Shown piece by piece: positions 16,293-24,601 of a stretch of 25,830 bases of DNA. This DNA comes from Candidatus Hodarchaeota archaeon. Lineage in GTDB: Archaea; Asgardarchaeota; Heimdallarchaeia; Hodarchaeales; Hodarchaeaceae. Under the pieces are notes generated by a model. That model saw only the letters and a list, made by a program, of their open reading frames with translations, was not told where the DNA came from and searched no databases. The stretch covers positions 1 to 25,830 of the forward strand of contig JAEOTQ010000187.1 of the NCBI GenBank assembly GCA_016839785.1, read 5' to 3'. Made by a program: the position numbers and the translations under genes. How positions within the stretch are numbered: the first letter of the stretch is position 1; every line of letters starts with the position of its first letter.

Positions 16293-18713
16293 CTATGCTA
16301 AATCAATTTGAATTGTCTTATGGCTTGAGTTCCCAAAAATATCAACGACATTCACCCAGATATTAAATTCTCTAAACTCAGAATATTCATGATGAACAGA
16401 AACAGTTACACTGCTCTCAATTTTTTTTCTTTTTATTTGTCGATTAGAACACCATTCTATCGCTGCGACTGATTTATCGTAATCCCAGTCAATTTCCCAA
16501 TAATCTATTATATCTATAAATGAATAATTCTGTAATTCATGCATGGAAGAAGAATACTGCATGTTTATTAACGTTAATACTATTTCATTTCCTTGGGTGA
16601 GGGGATGTTTCTCAATTTTTATATCGAAATTAAAAATATCCTCTTCTTCCGAATCCTGGTTTCCGTTCTCATCTATTATTCTATGAAACTCAAATGGTGA
16701 CCTATCAACTACCTGTAAGATTCTCTTCCGAATTTCGCTAATGGATAACTTTCCGATGTCAATACCTAGCCATTTTCTTCTAGATTTTTCCGCCATTGCA
16801 AGTGTAGTTCCCGAGCCTGCAAAGAAATCAGCTACGATATCACCTTCTGAAGTACTAATGTCAATTACTCTTTTTAATAACGCCTCAGAATTTTCTGTTG
16901 GGTAGAGAGTTCTTTTTACTTTTTGGTATCCCGCAATGTCAATCCAAAGATTGTCATGTAAGTATTCAATTTCAGCTTTATTTTGGCCTCTTCTAACACT
17001 TTTCTTAATCAAATCATGGTGAAAGTTAGCCTCATTACTTCCACGATAGACGTACAATGAATCAGAATGCACTATTAAGTGAGATTGTTGATTCAACTGT
17101 TTATCTGACAAATTTTTCTTCATACGACGGATTATAAATTCAATTACAAAATTTTCTTGACCAAAAGTATCATCTAAGATTTTCTTCGCGTAATGTCCGA
17201 AATGATAATCAAATCTAACAAAAATAAAACCATCTAGACGTAATAATGGTCTCATCAGGGTAACTCGCCTCCGAAACCAAGTTTTAAAATCATCTATTGG
17301 CGTATTACTCAAAAATAAGTTTTTATAGGCAAACGTTTTAATTGAATTATCCGTAACCTTTTTCTCTATTAAATTTGAGTCACTAATACTCTGAACTGGA
17401 ATATAAATCGATTCATTGTACCCAGTATAAAAGGGAGGATCGATATAGATCAGTTTTATGGCCTGATAGTATTCTTCTTTCAGTAAACGCAAAACTTTTA
17501 GACAATCTCCCTGTATTAACCTATTGTTCAATAAATTCTTAGCTTGAGTCTCTATGTTCCGATCATTTGGATAGAATGAAATAGGTACTAACGTGGAAGA
17601 TTTACTGTTGGAGGAAGGTAGAAATTCCGTTTGGTCTACAGAAAGAGGATTCTTAGTCAATCTTATCTCTGAATCAATAAAATTTCTGTGGAACTTTACA
17701 GAATAACTAATGTTTTCTCTAGAAAGCTCATATTTTATCAATTCGAGGACCTGTTTATCCTGTATCATACATATCCAATTCAAATTATAGTTTGAAGCCT
17801 CTATTAAAGAACTAGTAGTTCTCGGGTTGATCACCATCACAATCTGATTTGAACTCAGTAACACTTTGAATAGTCGTGTATAGTATGAACCTTGGTGCTT
17901 AGACAGTGTTGAATTATCTAAATCGAGCCAGTTAGAGTCTACTATTTGCCCAATTTTGGGGGGTACCCAATATTCAGGGTTCCCTCTCCTATTTAACCTA
18001 ATCTGTCCTTTCTCACATAGTTCTAGAATTGATTTTTGCCTCAATTTCCAGTGTGTCCCACTTGGGGGATCCAATAGCATCTTTTTTCCATTAATTAGAA
18101 AATATTTAGGGGTTCCCTGGCCTTTAGAGACAAACGAGTGCCAGTATCCTCCACTTTCTTTTTCATCGTATACTGGATTTATTTTTCGAGTTTTTGAAGT
18201 ACTATACAATAAGAAATAATCGGTCCTCTCAAAAAAAGCATTTTTTTTGGAATAGTGTATTTTTAGGGGGGAATTTATCAAAACCTCGTTCATAAAATTC
18301 TCCTGATGAAACACTGAATCTAGAATTTGCTTAACATATGCTTTTATTGTACCATTCACTTTAACAGCTAAAAAACCATCCATCCTCAAAATAGAATACG
18401 AGATTTTCAAGATATGAGTGATTTCATTCAAAAATTCGTAAAGAGAGGTTTTATCATGAAATTTAAGTGAGGGATTCAAATTATAAATCTCTTTGACTTT
18501 ACCAATTTGATTTACTTCGATGTCAGGTGGATAATAATGGTGAGAAATGTCATATATAATCAATCTTGGATCCTTTTTCTTTTGTTGAACAAGACTATCC
18601 ACGAGATTAGCTGTTTCTGGGCATATTATTATCCGATTCTCTGAAAAATCATCTGATCCACGTTTTGAATCAGAATCTTCCTTGATTTCACTCGGATTGT
18701 CCATTGAACTCAT
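16293..18713 (-). CDS. Beta-class (type III Mod-like) DNA methyltransferase with a degenerate N-terminal duplicate domain
   Basis: C-half has LIQGDCL, IYIDPPF (D425), YPTE, DFFAGSGTT (D629), WLGID. N-half repeats the scaffold without catalytic or SAM-binding motifs. C-terminal IDYWEIDWDY...VDIFGN domain is typical of Mod-like proteins. Confidence 0.88.
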   Translation of the reverse strand: MSSMDNPSEIKEDSDSKRGSDDFSENRIIICPETANLVDSLVQQKKKDPRLIIYDISHHYYPPDIEVNQIGKVKEIYNLNPSLKFHDKTSLYEFLNEITHILKISYSILRMDGFLAVKVNGTIKAYVKQILDSVFHQENFMNEVLINSPLKIHYSKKNAFFERTDYFLLYSTSKTRKINPVYDEKESGGYWHSFVSKGQGTPKYFLINGKKMLLDPPSGTHWKLRQKSILELCEKGQIRLNRRGNPEYWVPPKIGQIVDSNWLDLDNSTLSKHQGSYYTRLFKVLLSSNQIVMVINPRTTSSLIEASNYNLNWICMIQDKQVLELIKYELSRENISYSVKFHRNFIDSEIRLTKNPLSVDQTEFLPSSNSKSSTLVPISFYPNDRNIETQAKNLLNNRLIQGDCLKVLRLLKEEYYQAIKLIYIDPPFYTGYNESIYIPVQSISDSNLIEKKVTDNSIKTFAYKNLFLSNTPIDDFKTWFRRRVTLMRPLLRLDGFIFVRFDYHFGHYAKKILDDTFGQENFVIEFIIRRMKKNLSDKQLNQQSHLIVHSDSLYVYRGSNEANFHHDLIKKSVRRGQNKAEIEYLHDNLWIDIAGYQKVKRTLYPTENSEALLKRVIDISTSEGDIVADFFAGSGTTLAMAEKSRRKWLGIDIGKLSISEIRKRILQVVDRSPFEFHRIIDENGNQDSEEEDIFNFDIKIEKHPLTQGNEIVLTLINMQYSSSMHELQNYSFIDIIDYWEIDWDYDKSVAAIEWCSNRQIKRKKIESSVTVSVHHEYSEFREFNIWVNVVDIFGNSSHKTIQIDLA

Positions 18714-18743
18714 CTCTCGATCTTGAGCTTTCTACGAATTCGT

Positions 18744-19778
18744 TTATCTTTTGTCATTAGTTCTTTTCTCTAATTTGTAATTCAATGCTGCAAAATAATT
18801 GAATATAAGGCGTAGATTTCCAGAACTCCGGAGAAGTAGTTCTAAGTCATAAACAGAAATTTTTTGATTATTACCTTTTAATTTGTCTAGTATGTCCCCA
18901 ATTTTTGGCAAATTGACTTCAAAATTATCTTTAAGTTGCTTGGGATAATTCTTCACCCTTAAAGACTTATCTAGATTCTCTAACCCTCCACAAAGAGTAT
19001 CTATTTGAGTTAAGACCCTTATCACTACTGCTTTTTCTTCCCCATCTTCAATCCTATGATGGGTTCCCCTCCATTTTGTCTTGTTACCGATTCCCCGTTC
19101 ACCTCCATGAGGAAGCAAAATCATATTGGAGGCAGTAATTCTCCAGCGAGAAGAATCACACCCATCCACAACTGTGAGTACTTCAGGTAAAATACTAGGA
19201 GCTCCAACCCCCAAAGCCCATATTTTACAATTCTCACTAGAAGAATATTCCTTTAATTTAGCTTTAAATTCAGTGAGGGCAGTAAAAAGTCTGATTTTAT
19301 ATCCAGTTCCTCCTCTCATTAGCGGTACAAGACGACCAATGAAGTTCCAGTCAGATAATCCAGATTCTGAAACAATTTGATCCAAAAGATGTAATTGGTT
19401 GTAGGGGATAACTGGTTGGATTTCGTAGGGGAGTAATTCTAAATAGTTCGCTAGGATATCTTCATCAGGATAGTCTAGTGTTATCTTAATTATATCAGGA
19501 TCTTGGTCTGTGAGTTCACGATAATAGACTTTAAGCTGTCCAAGGCTTGTTTTTATCTTCTTCTTCCGATTAATGGCAGAAAAAGCTCCAGAATCACAAA
19601 CTAGTTGACCATCCCATTCTAAATAGTTACGAATTCCTTCTTTCTTTATTGTTTCGAATAAATTTGGACTTTCCATTAAATCTATGGCTGAGATCATTAA
19701 AGCATCAGGTTTTACAATCCAATCATATTTCCATGGTCGTATGCGAGCACTGATGGGAGTTCCTAATGCAAAACTCAT
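18744..19778 (-). CDS. TGT-fold (DpdA-like) base-exchange protein 1
   Basis: VCDSGAFS, TLDYP, WALGVG, GCDSSRW in TGT order and spacing; no CxCxxC Zn motif and no PUA domain. Confidence 0.75.
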   Translation of the reverse strand: MSFALGTPISARIRPWKYDWIVKPDALMISAIDLMESPNLFETIKKEGIRNYLEWDGQLVCDSGAFSAINRKKKIKTSLGQLKVYYRELTDQDPDIIKITLDYPDEDILANYLELLPYEIQPVIPYNQLHLLDQIVSESGLSDWNFIGRLVPLMRGGTGYKIRLFTALTEFKAKLKEYSSSENCKIWALGVGAPSILPEVLTVVDGCDSSRWRITASNMILLPHGGERGIGNKTKWRGTHHRIEDGEEKAVVIRVLTQIDTLCGGLENLDKSLRVKNYPKQLKDNFEVNLPKIGDILDKLKGNNQKISVYDLELLLRSSGNLRLIFNYFAALNYKLEKRTNDKR

Positions 19779-19790
19779 TTTATCTCTTCC

Positions 19791-20264
19791 TCATTTCTCT
19801 AAACTAGAATTAACTATTGAATTAAGAAAATCCAAGAGTTTACGCTGACCAATCCCTAATCCACCCATATTCTCGATTCTCACCTTACTGTTAATGGCAT
19901 CATCCAATCCCTCAACACTTGCTAAATAATCTCTACCCATAAGTACATAAATATGTGAAAAAGATTCAATTTCGTGCCAATTTAGAATTTTCTGGACAAT
20001 TTGGGATTGTAGCTGTTTGGCCAGAAGCTTCGTCATTTTTAAATCATAATTGGTGATTTGATCACTGGATCGTAAGAATCCATATTTTGCTGAAATGATA
20101 CCTAGTTTCAGATTATCTGGCCATCTATTTTCTCTTTTTGCTTTATTTATGACTTGAAACATTGGACCCTTATATGCCTCCTCTGCTTTCAACGCATGAT
20201 ATTTGAGTACCTCTGATTTTTTCTTCCCACAGGATATAATTAGGAGGTATTTCGGCGATGACAT
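19791..20264 (-). CDS. DUF6884/YaaA-like protein (possible DpdC-like partner)
   Basis: LLIISCGKKK...AEEAYKG-x-x-F...IISAKYG...YDLKM...GRDY...GLGIGQR. Confidence 0.72.
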   Translation of the reverse strand: MSSPKYLLIISCGKKKSEVLKYHALKAEEAYKGPMFQVINKAKRENRWPDNLKLGIISAKYGFLRSSDQITNYDLKMTKLLAKQLQSQIVQKILNWHEIESFSHIYVLMGRDYLASVEGLDDAINSKVRIENMGGLGIGQRKLLDFLNSIVNSSLEK

Positions 20265-20379
20265 ATAATTTCACCTTTAATCTCGCACTGTAAAATTTAG
20301 GATAAAATAATATTCGATTACGTTATTATTTATCTAAAAGAAAGTTGATCGATAATAAAGATTTAGGGGAAATTTTCTC

Positions 20380-21318
20380 TTGAGATTATATTTAGGTGTT
20401 GTAAATGGGTTTTTACCTTGGGTTTATGAAGAACGAATCCATCAATACATGCGTAAGAAGGAGTTTGGAATATTATTTTCATTTTGGCAATTTAGAAAAT
20501 ATATTCATAAAATTAAATCAGTTGGATTGCATGACTATTTTTCATTCGATGGCCCAATAATGATTGACTCTGGTGCCTATAGTGCACATCATTCAGGTCA
20601 ACCTATCTCAGTAGAAGATTATCTTAACTTTCTTAAGAATATAGAGGTCAATGACTGCGATTCAATTGTGAATCTTGATATTATCGGACATCGTAGAAAG
20701 TCATATAAGAATTGGTTAACATTGATTCATAGAATTAGGCATCCTATTCTTCCAGTCGTTCATTTTCCCAATATCAACTTATCAGATTACTCAGTTCCGA
20801 ATATTGGATTGGGAGGAATGGTCTCTTCACTTAAAATCAATGAGAAGGGTAGTGTTTATGACGTTGCAGCTTGGGTAGCCAAATTCCGCTCTTTATCTAA
20901 GCAAAAATTTCATGGATTTGGATTAGGGAGTCCCTTTCACCAAATGGCTTTTAAAAAGCATCTAGAGTCAATAGACTGGATTGGATGGAGAAGAAACGCT
21001 GCAATTGGAGATTGTTACACACCAGAAGGTTCGAGATCTGTCCCTAAGGTCAGATTATCAAACAAATCGCGACGATGGTTGACGCTTGAGGTTTTCGATT
21101 CATACAAACCACCTTTCATTGATAAGTTACCTTCGTTACAACTTCCAGGAAATCAAGGATGGATTAACCGGGCTTTATGGAACGTCTGGATGTTTCTTAC
21201 CGCCCAAAATTTCACCCTAACTTCAAAGAAATCATCTTACGTAAGATCAATTGAGAAACGAATGGAGAACTTAATCTCACATGGACATTTAAGAGGCTTT
21301 GATTATTATTTCAACTAA
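20380..21318 (+). CDS. TGT-fold (DpdA-like) base-exchange protein 2
   Basis: MIDSGAYS, NLDIIG, LPVVH, IGLGGMV, FHGFGLG, SIDWIGW; TTG start with GGGGAA upstream; no Zn motif or PUA domain. Confidence 0.8.
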   Translation: MRLYLGVVNGFLPWVYEERIHQYMRKKEFGILFSFWQFRKYIHKIKSVGLHDYFSFDGPIMIDSGAYSAHHSGQPISVEDYLNFLKNIEVNDCDSIVNLDIIGHRRKSYKNWLTLIHRIRHPILPVVHFPNINLSDYSVPNIGLGGMVSSLKINEKGSVYDVAAWVAKFRSLSKQKFHGFGLGSPFHQMAFKKHLESIDWIGWRRNAAIGDCYTPEGSRSVPKVRLSNKSRRWLTLEVFDSYKPPFIDKLPSLQLPGNQGWINRALWNVWMFLTAQNFTLTSKKSSYVRSIEKRMENLISHGHLRGFDYYFN

Positions 21319-21376
21319 TGATATAATTAGAATTCGCAAAAATTCATAAATATATCAATAAAAATTTAACCAGTTT

Positions 21377-24166
21377 CTACATGGATTCGTTGTCTTTTAA
21401 GTCAAAATAATTTTCAATCTGCCTCACAATCGGGGATAACATTATGAGGGTGTATAATTTCTGTAAATTCTCCTCAATTTGTATGATCTGGAAGGCCTTT
21501 TCAATTTTTTTCAATAAACCATTTCTAATGTCAGAAAATTCTGATTTATCAACCGTAGTGGTATTTTCTGTTAGAAAAATGGAATATTGGATTCTTAAAA
21601 ATCGCTCTATATTAATCTGGGGCAGAGATTTATGTAGAAAATCACAGACATCCTTGAAAAGTTGATTCTGATTTGAAGAAGTGAGAATCTGATCCTCAAA
21701 ATAACTCACGTAAACCATAACTTTGGCGACTCTTTCCTCAATGAACATGATGATTGGTTGGAATTCATTTGTAATTTTCTCAAGGGAGTGTAGAAATATT
21801 AAATAATCAGCTATCCGTGCCAGAAGAACATGATTATTCAATATTTTAGGAATGGGAAAATTAGAGAGAGATTCACCAAAAAATTCTAGTTGAGATCCCT
21901 TTTTTTTCCCCATCCAAGAGAACCAATAGAACGAGACTTTTGATTGTAAAAGGAGTAAAAGGGCTTTCAGTTTTGGAGTTGAATTTCTCACTTCTTGAAT
22001 GAAATATACATCCTGAGCTGCAAACCATTCGGTACAACTGTATGCAAAATGAGTTTTTCGTGCCCTTTGAGGAGTAATCAGTTTTGGAGAGAGAAACATT
22101 TCTTTTTTTCTAGGACGATTAATGTAAGGAGGATGATCTAATGAATTTTCCATTGCTATTTGGTAGTGATCAAGATGGTTCTTAATATTTGGAACCATCG
22201 ATAAGTCAACCTCCTTCCTTACCAGATATAAAACTCGTCGCTCAGTATAAACTCTTGTTGAATAAGGTCTTATTGATGAACTTTTGTATAAGGGGCGTAA
22301 ATATTTTTTTTCGTCATTAGTGAAGGTCTTAATGGTATTTTGATCAGTTACATTGTTAAGATCAAACACAAATATTCCACGATTCTCCCATATTGTTGGG
22401 TATCCATATTTCTCAATTTGGCGTTTAGTAATTTTATTTAGGCCTGTAATTAAGCCTTCTTTCACTCTATAAGTTGATTCTCTAATTGGGGTACTAACTT
22501 TTGTTAATTTTTTCAGGATAAAGGATACATCCGCAGGTAGAAAGTGAAAATAATCATCCCAATCATTTAGGGTAAGATTTTTCTGATTAATTTGGTAAAT
22601 GAGTTGATCAGACATTTTATCCAGTAGCTTTTCTCTTTGAGAAATTATGTTGGTATAAAAAACACAATTAATAGAGGGATTTTGCATTTCTAATTTCTTT
22701 ACGGTTAAAATACTGGAGTGTATCCCATGAGCTCCCTCGAATAAGCGATTATCTCCAAAATCGATAAATTCTAATATGAAAGTTTCTTCAAAAATCCTTT
22801 TACGAAGTTTAGAAGCTCCCGAGGCCGTCAACCAATAACTTGTTGCTAAGAATGATACAATCCCTCTTGGTTTAGCTAGATTGATGGCTAGCTGAAAAAA
22901 TAAATACCAAATATCGAGCTTACCTTCATAGTATGTTGGTAGAGCAACAGAGTATTTCCTAAATATCTCTTTATTATCACTTTCTCCAATGTAAGGAGGA
23001 TTTGTTAGGACTAGGGAAAATCGTGGTTTTTTCAACATTTCAGGGAAAAGATTTTCCCAATCCAACAGTAAGGCATCCCCAATTTTTAAATTACACTGGA
23101 ATTTACTATTGTAAGATAAGTTTGTTTTTATTTTTTTTACCCGAAGAGCAATATAAAGAAAAAACCGTGCTTTTGTAAAAGGAATCACAGAGGGATCTAT
23201 ATCCACTCCATACAAAGCTTTTGGAAATATCAAATGCATTAAGATATAGAATTCAATTTCTGCTGTATCTTTGATCTTTGTAAGGTCAATAGTTTCCCAT
23301 ATTTCTTGGGAACGACTGGTATAGAGATCTATTGTAATTGATTCGTCTAAATTTCTAGCTTTCTCTATAATTAGAGAATATAATACTAATAATTCATCAA
23401 CAACGCTTTCTAAGAATTGTCCAGTACCAACAGCTGGATCTAGGACTGTTAAATTCCTTAATGCTTCATAAAGTCTTAAAATGCCATTTTTGTCAAGAGA
23501 TTTAATAAAGGATGTCCAAGTTTCCCGGGAATATGTATCGTTGAGCCCCATTTGATCCATCAGTGCTGTTCTTACTGAATAGCGGGAGATATAAACGGTT
23601 AGTTCAACAGGTGAATAATACACTCCCCCAATCCTTTTTTTTTTGGACGAAATCAACCATTCATATAATGATCCCAAAAAAACTCCATATTTTTCAAACT
23701 TTATTTGATCAAGTACTGTTAACAATCCTGATGATCCGAATATTACATTAGTACTTGAATCGGATAAAGAAAAGAAATTATTGGGAAACCGAGATTTCTT
23801 TTGAAGAAGTTTGATATCAATAAATATCGCTGATTTACATCCTCGTAACCTCCCAAAATGTGAATCAATGCAGATATGATTATCATTCAATGTGGATAGT
23901 CTAAGTAGTAATGAATTCATAAAATTATTATATGTATTGTAAGGAATACGAGGATCTCTTTTTTCAATCAAGTGAAACATCGATGTAAAAAAGTTTTCAT
24001 CATTATTGAAATACAAATTTTTCTGTAATCCCCACAAAACCGATACTTGCATGATATATTGATTTATGAACTCTCTATTAGAACCATCAATGGGAGAACT
24101 GGCTGAGAGAAAATTATCTCTTATTTTGCTCAGTAGAATTAACAGATTTTTCCATTGATCACTCAT
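21377..24166 (-). CDS. Gamma-class N6-adenine DNA methyltransferase (Eco57I/type IIG-like, TaqI-like TRD), apparently without nuclease domain
   Basis: GVYYSP, VLDPAVGTGQF (motif I), LYGVDID, TNPPY (motif IV), C-terminal PKLI...LLQSK...FPIP. Confidence 0.88.
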   Translation of the reverse strand: MSDQWKNLLILLSKIRDNFLSASSPIDGSNREFINQYIMQVSVLWGLQKNLYFNNDENFFTSMFHLIEKRDPRIPYNTYNNFMNSLLLRLSTLNDNHICIDSHFGRLRGCKSAIFIDIKLLQKKSRFPNNFFSLSDSSTNVIFGSSGLLTVLDQIKFEKYGVFLGSLYEWLISSKKKRIGGVYYSPVELTVYISRYSVRTALMDQMGLNDTYSRETWTSFIKSLDKNGILRLYEALRNLTVLDPAVGTGQFLESVVDELLVLYSLIIEKARNLDESITIDLYTSRSQEIWETIDLTKIKDTAEIEFYILMHLIFPKALYGVDIDPSVIPFTKARFFLYIALRVKKIKTNLSYNSKFQCNLKIGDALLLDWENLFPEMLKKPRFSLVLTNPPYIGESDNKEIFRKYSVALPTYYEGKLDIWYLFFQLAINLAKPRGIVSFLATSYWLTASGASKLRKRIFEETFILEFIDFGDNRLFEGAHGIHSSILTVKKLEMQNPSINCVFYTNIISQREKLLDKMSDQLIYQINQKNLTLNDWDDYFHFLPADVSFILKKLTKVSTPIRESTYRVKEGLITGLNKITKRQIEKYGYPTIWENRGIFVFDLNNVTDQNTIKTFTNDEKKYLRPLYKSSSIRPYSTRVYTERRVLYLVRKEVDLSMVPNIKNHLDHYQIAMENSLDHPPYINRPRKKEMFLSPKLITPQRARKTHFAYSCTEWFAAQDVYFIQEVRNSTPKLKALLLLLQSKVSFYWFSWMGKKKGSQLEFFGESLSNFPIPKILNNHVLLARIADYLIFLHSLEKITNEFQPIIMFIEERVAKVMVYVSYFEDQILTSSNQNQLFKDVCDFLHKSLPQINIERFLRIQYSIFLTENTTTVDKSEFSDIRNGLLKKIEKAFQIIQIEENLQKLYTLIMLSPIVRQIENYFDLKDNESM

Positions 24167-24312
24167 AAATTAACCATCTAGGGTTATAGAAGCTGAGAAT
24201 ATTATACTTCTTTCGATAAAATGGAGGAGGAATGATGAAGAGTTTCATCCCTCTTAAAAAAAATATGACTGAGGATTTTAAAATTTGAAAACTCAATAAA
24301 AAAAAGCATGAA

Positions 24313-24335
24313 TCTCTCACATGAAAGGTGAGAGA
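24313..24335. repeat. Perfect 8-bp hairpin
   Basis: TCTCTCAC-ATGAAAG-GTGAGAGA. Confidence 0.7.
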
Positions 24336-24411
24336 ACACCCGACAGGTTTTTTTTCAAGCCTTATTGCGCTTAGGAACGTGTTACACGAAAAAAAGGGAA
24401 AGAGTTACAAA

Positions 24412-24601
24412 GGGTGGGTGAAATGCCAATGAGTGCCGTAATCCAAGTCGTTCTCCTTCTCGAGTGATGTCAATTTGATTTACACTGGAAAAAAAGCGGA
24501 CTGGTGGAAACATAACGCGAAACCCAAGGGTCTCTGAGACCGTGATAAGAAGACGTGTCAGGTTTCCGTATTACGGCACTACAACCACCAAGGTTTTGGC
24601 A
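24412..24601 (+). ncRNA. Candidate IS110 bridge RNA (structured left-end RNA)
   Basis: 11-bp stem AGTGCCGTAAT (24432-24442) / ATTACGGCACT (24570-24580) encloses two hairpins, each with a large internal loop; lies directly upstream of the transposase ATG. Ends are approximate. Confidence 0.6.

Noticed and set aside
16293-18713. Complete type III restriction-modification system
   Set aside because: No Res helicase-nuclease gene in the window.
18744-21318. Calling either TGT-like gene the housekeeping archaeosine tRNA-guanine transglycosylase (tgtA)
   Set aside because: Too short, no CxCxxC Zn site, no PUA domain, DSGA rather than DSGG/DSGS, and embedded among DNA methyltransferases.
24227-24272. 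C box ATGATGA plus CTGA, and a small GATGAA/TTCATC hairpin
   Set aside because: Only 30 nt between the boxes, no internal D'/C' boxes and no terminal stem; insufficient for an sRNA call.
24542-24601. 20-aa N-terminal extension of the transposase in the ORF track
   Set aside because: IS110 proteins start just before GxDxxK, and this stretch is part of the structured RNA.
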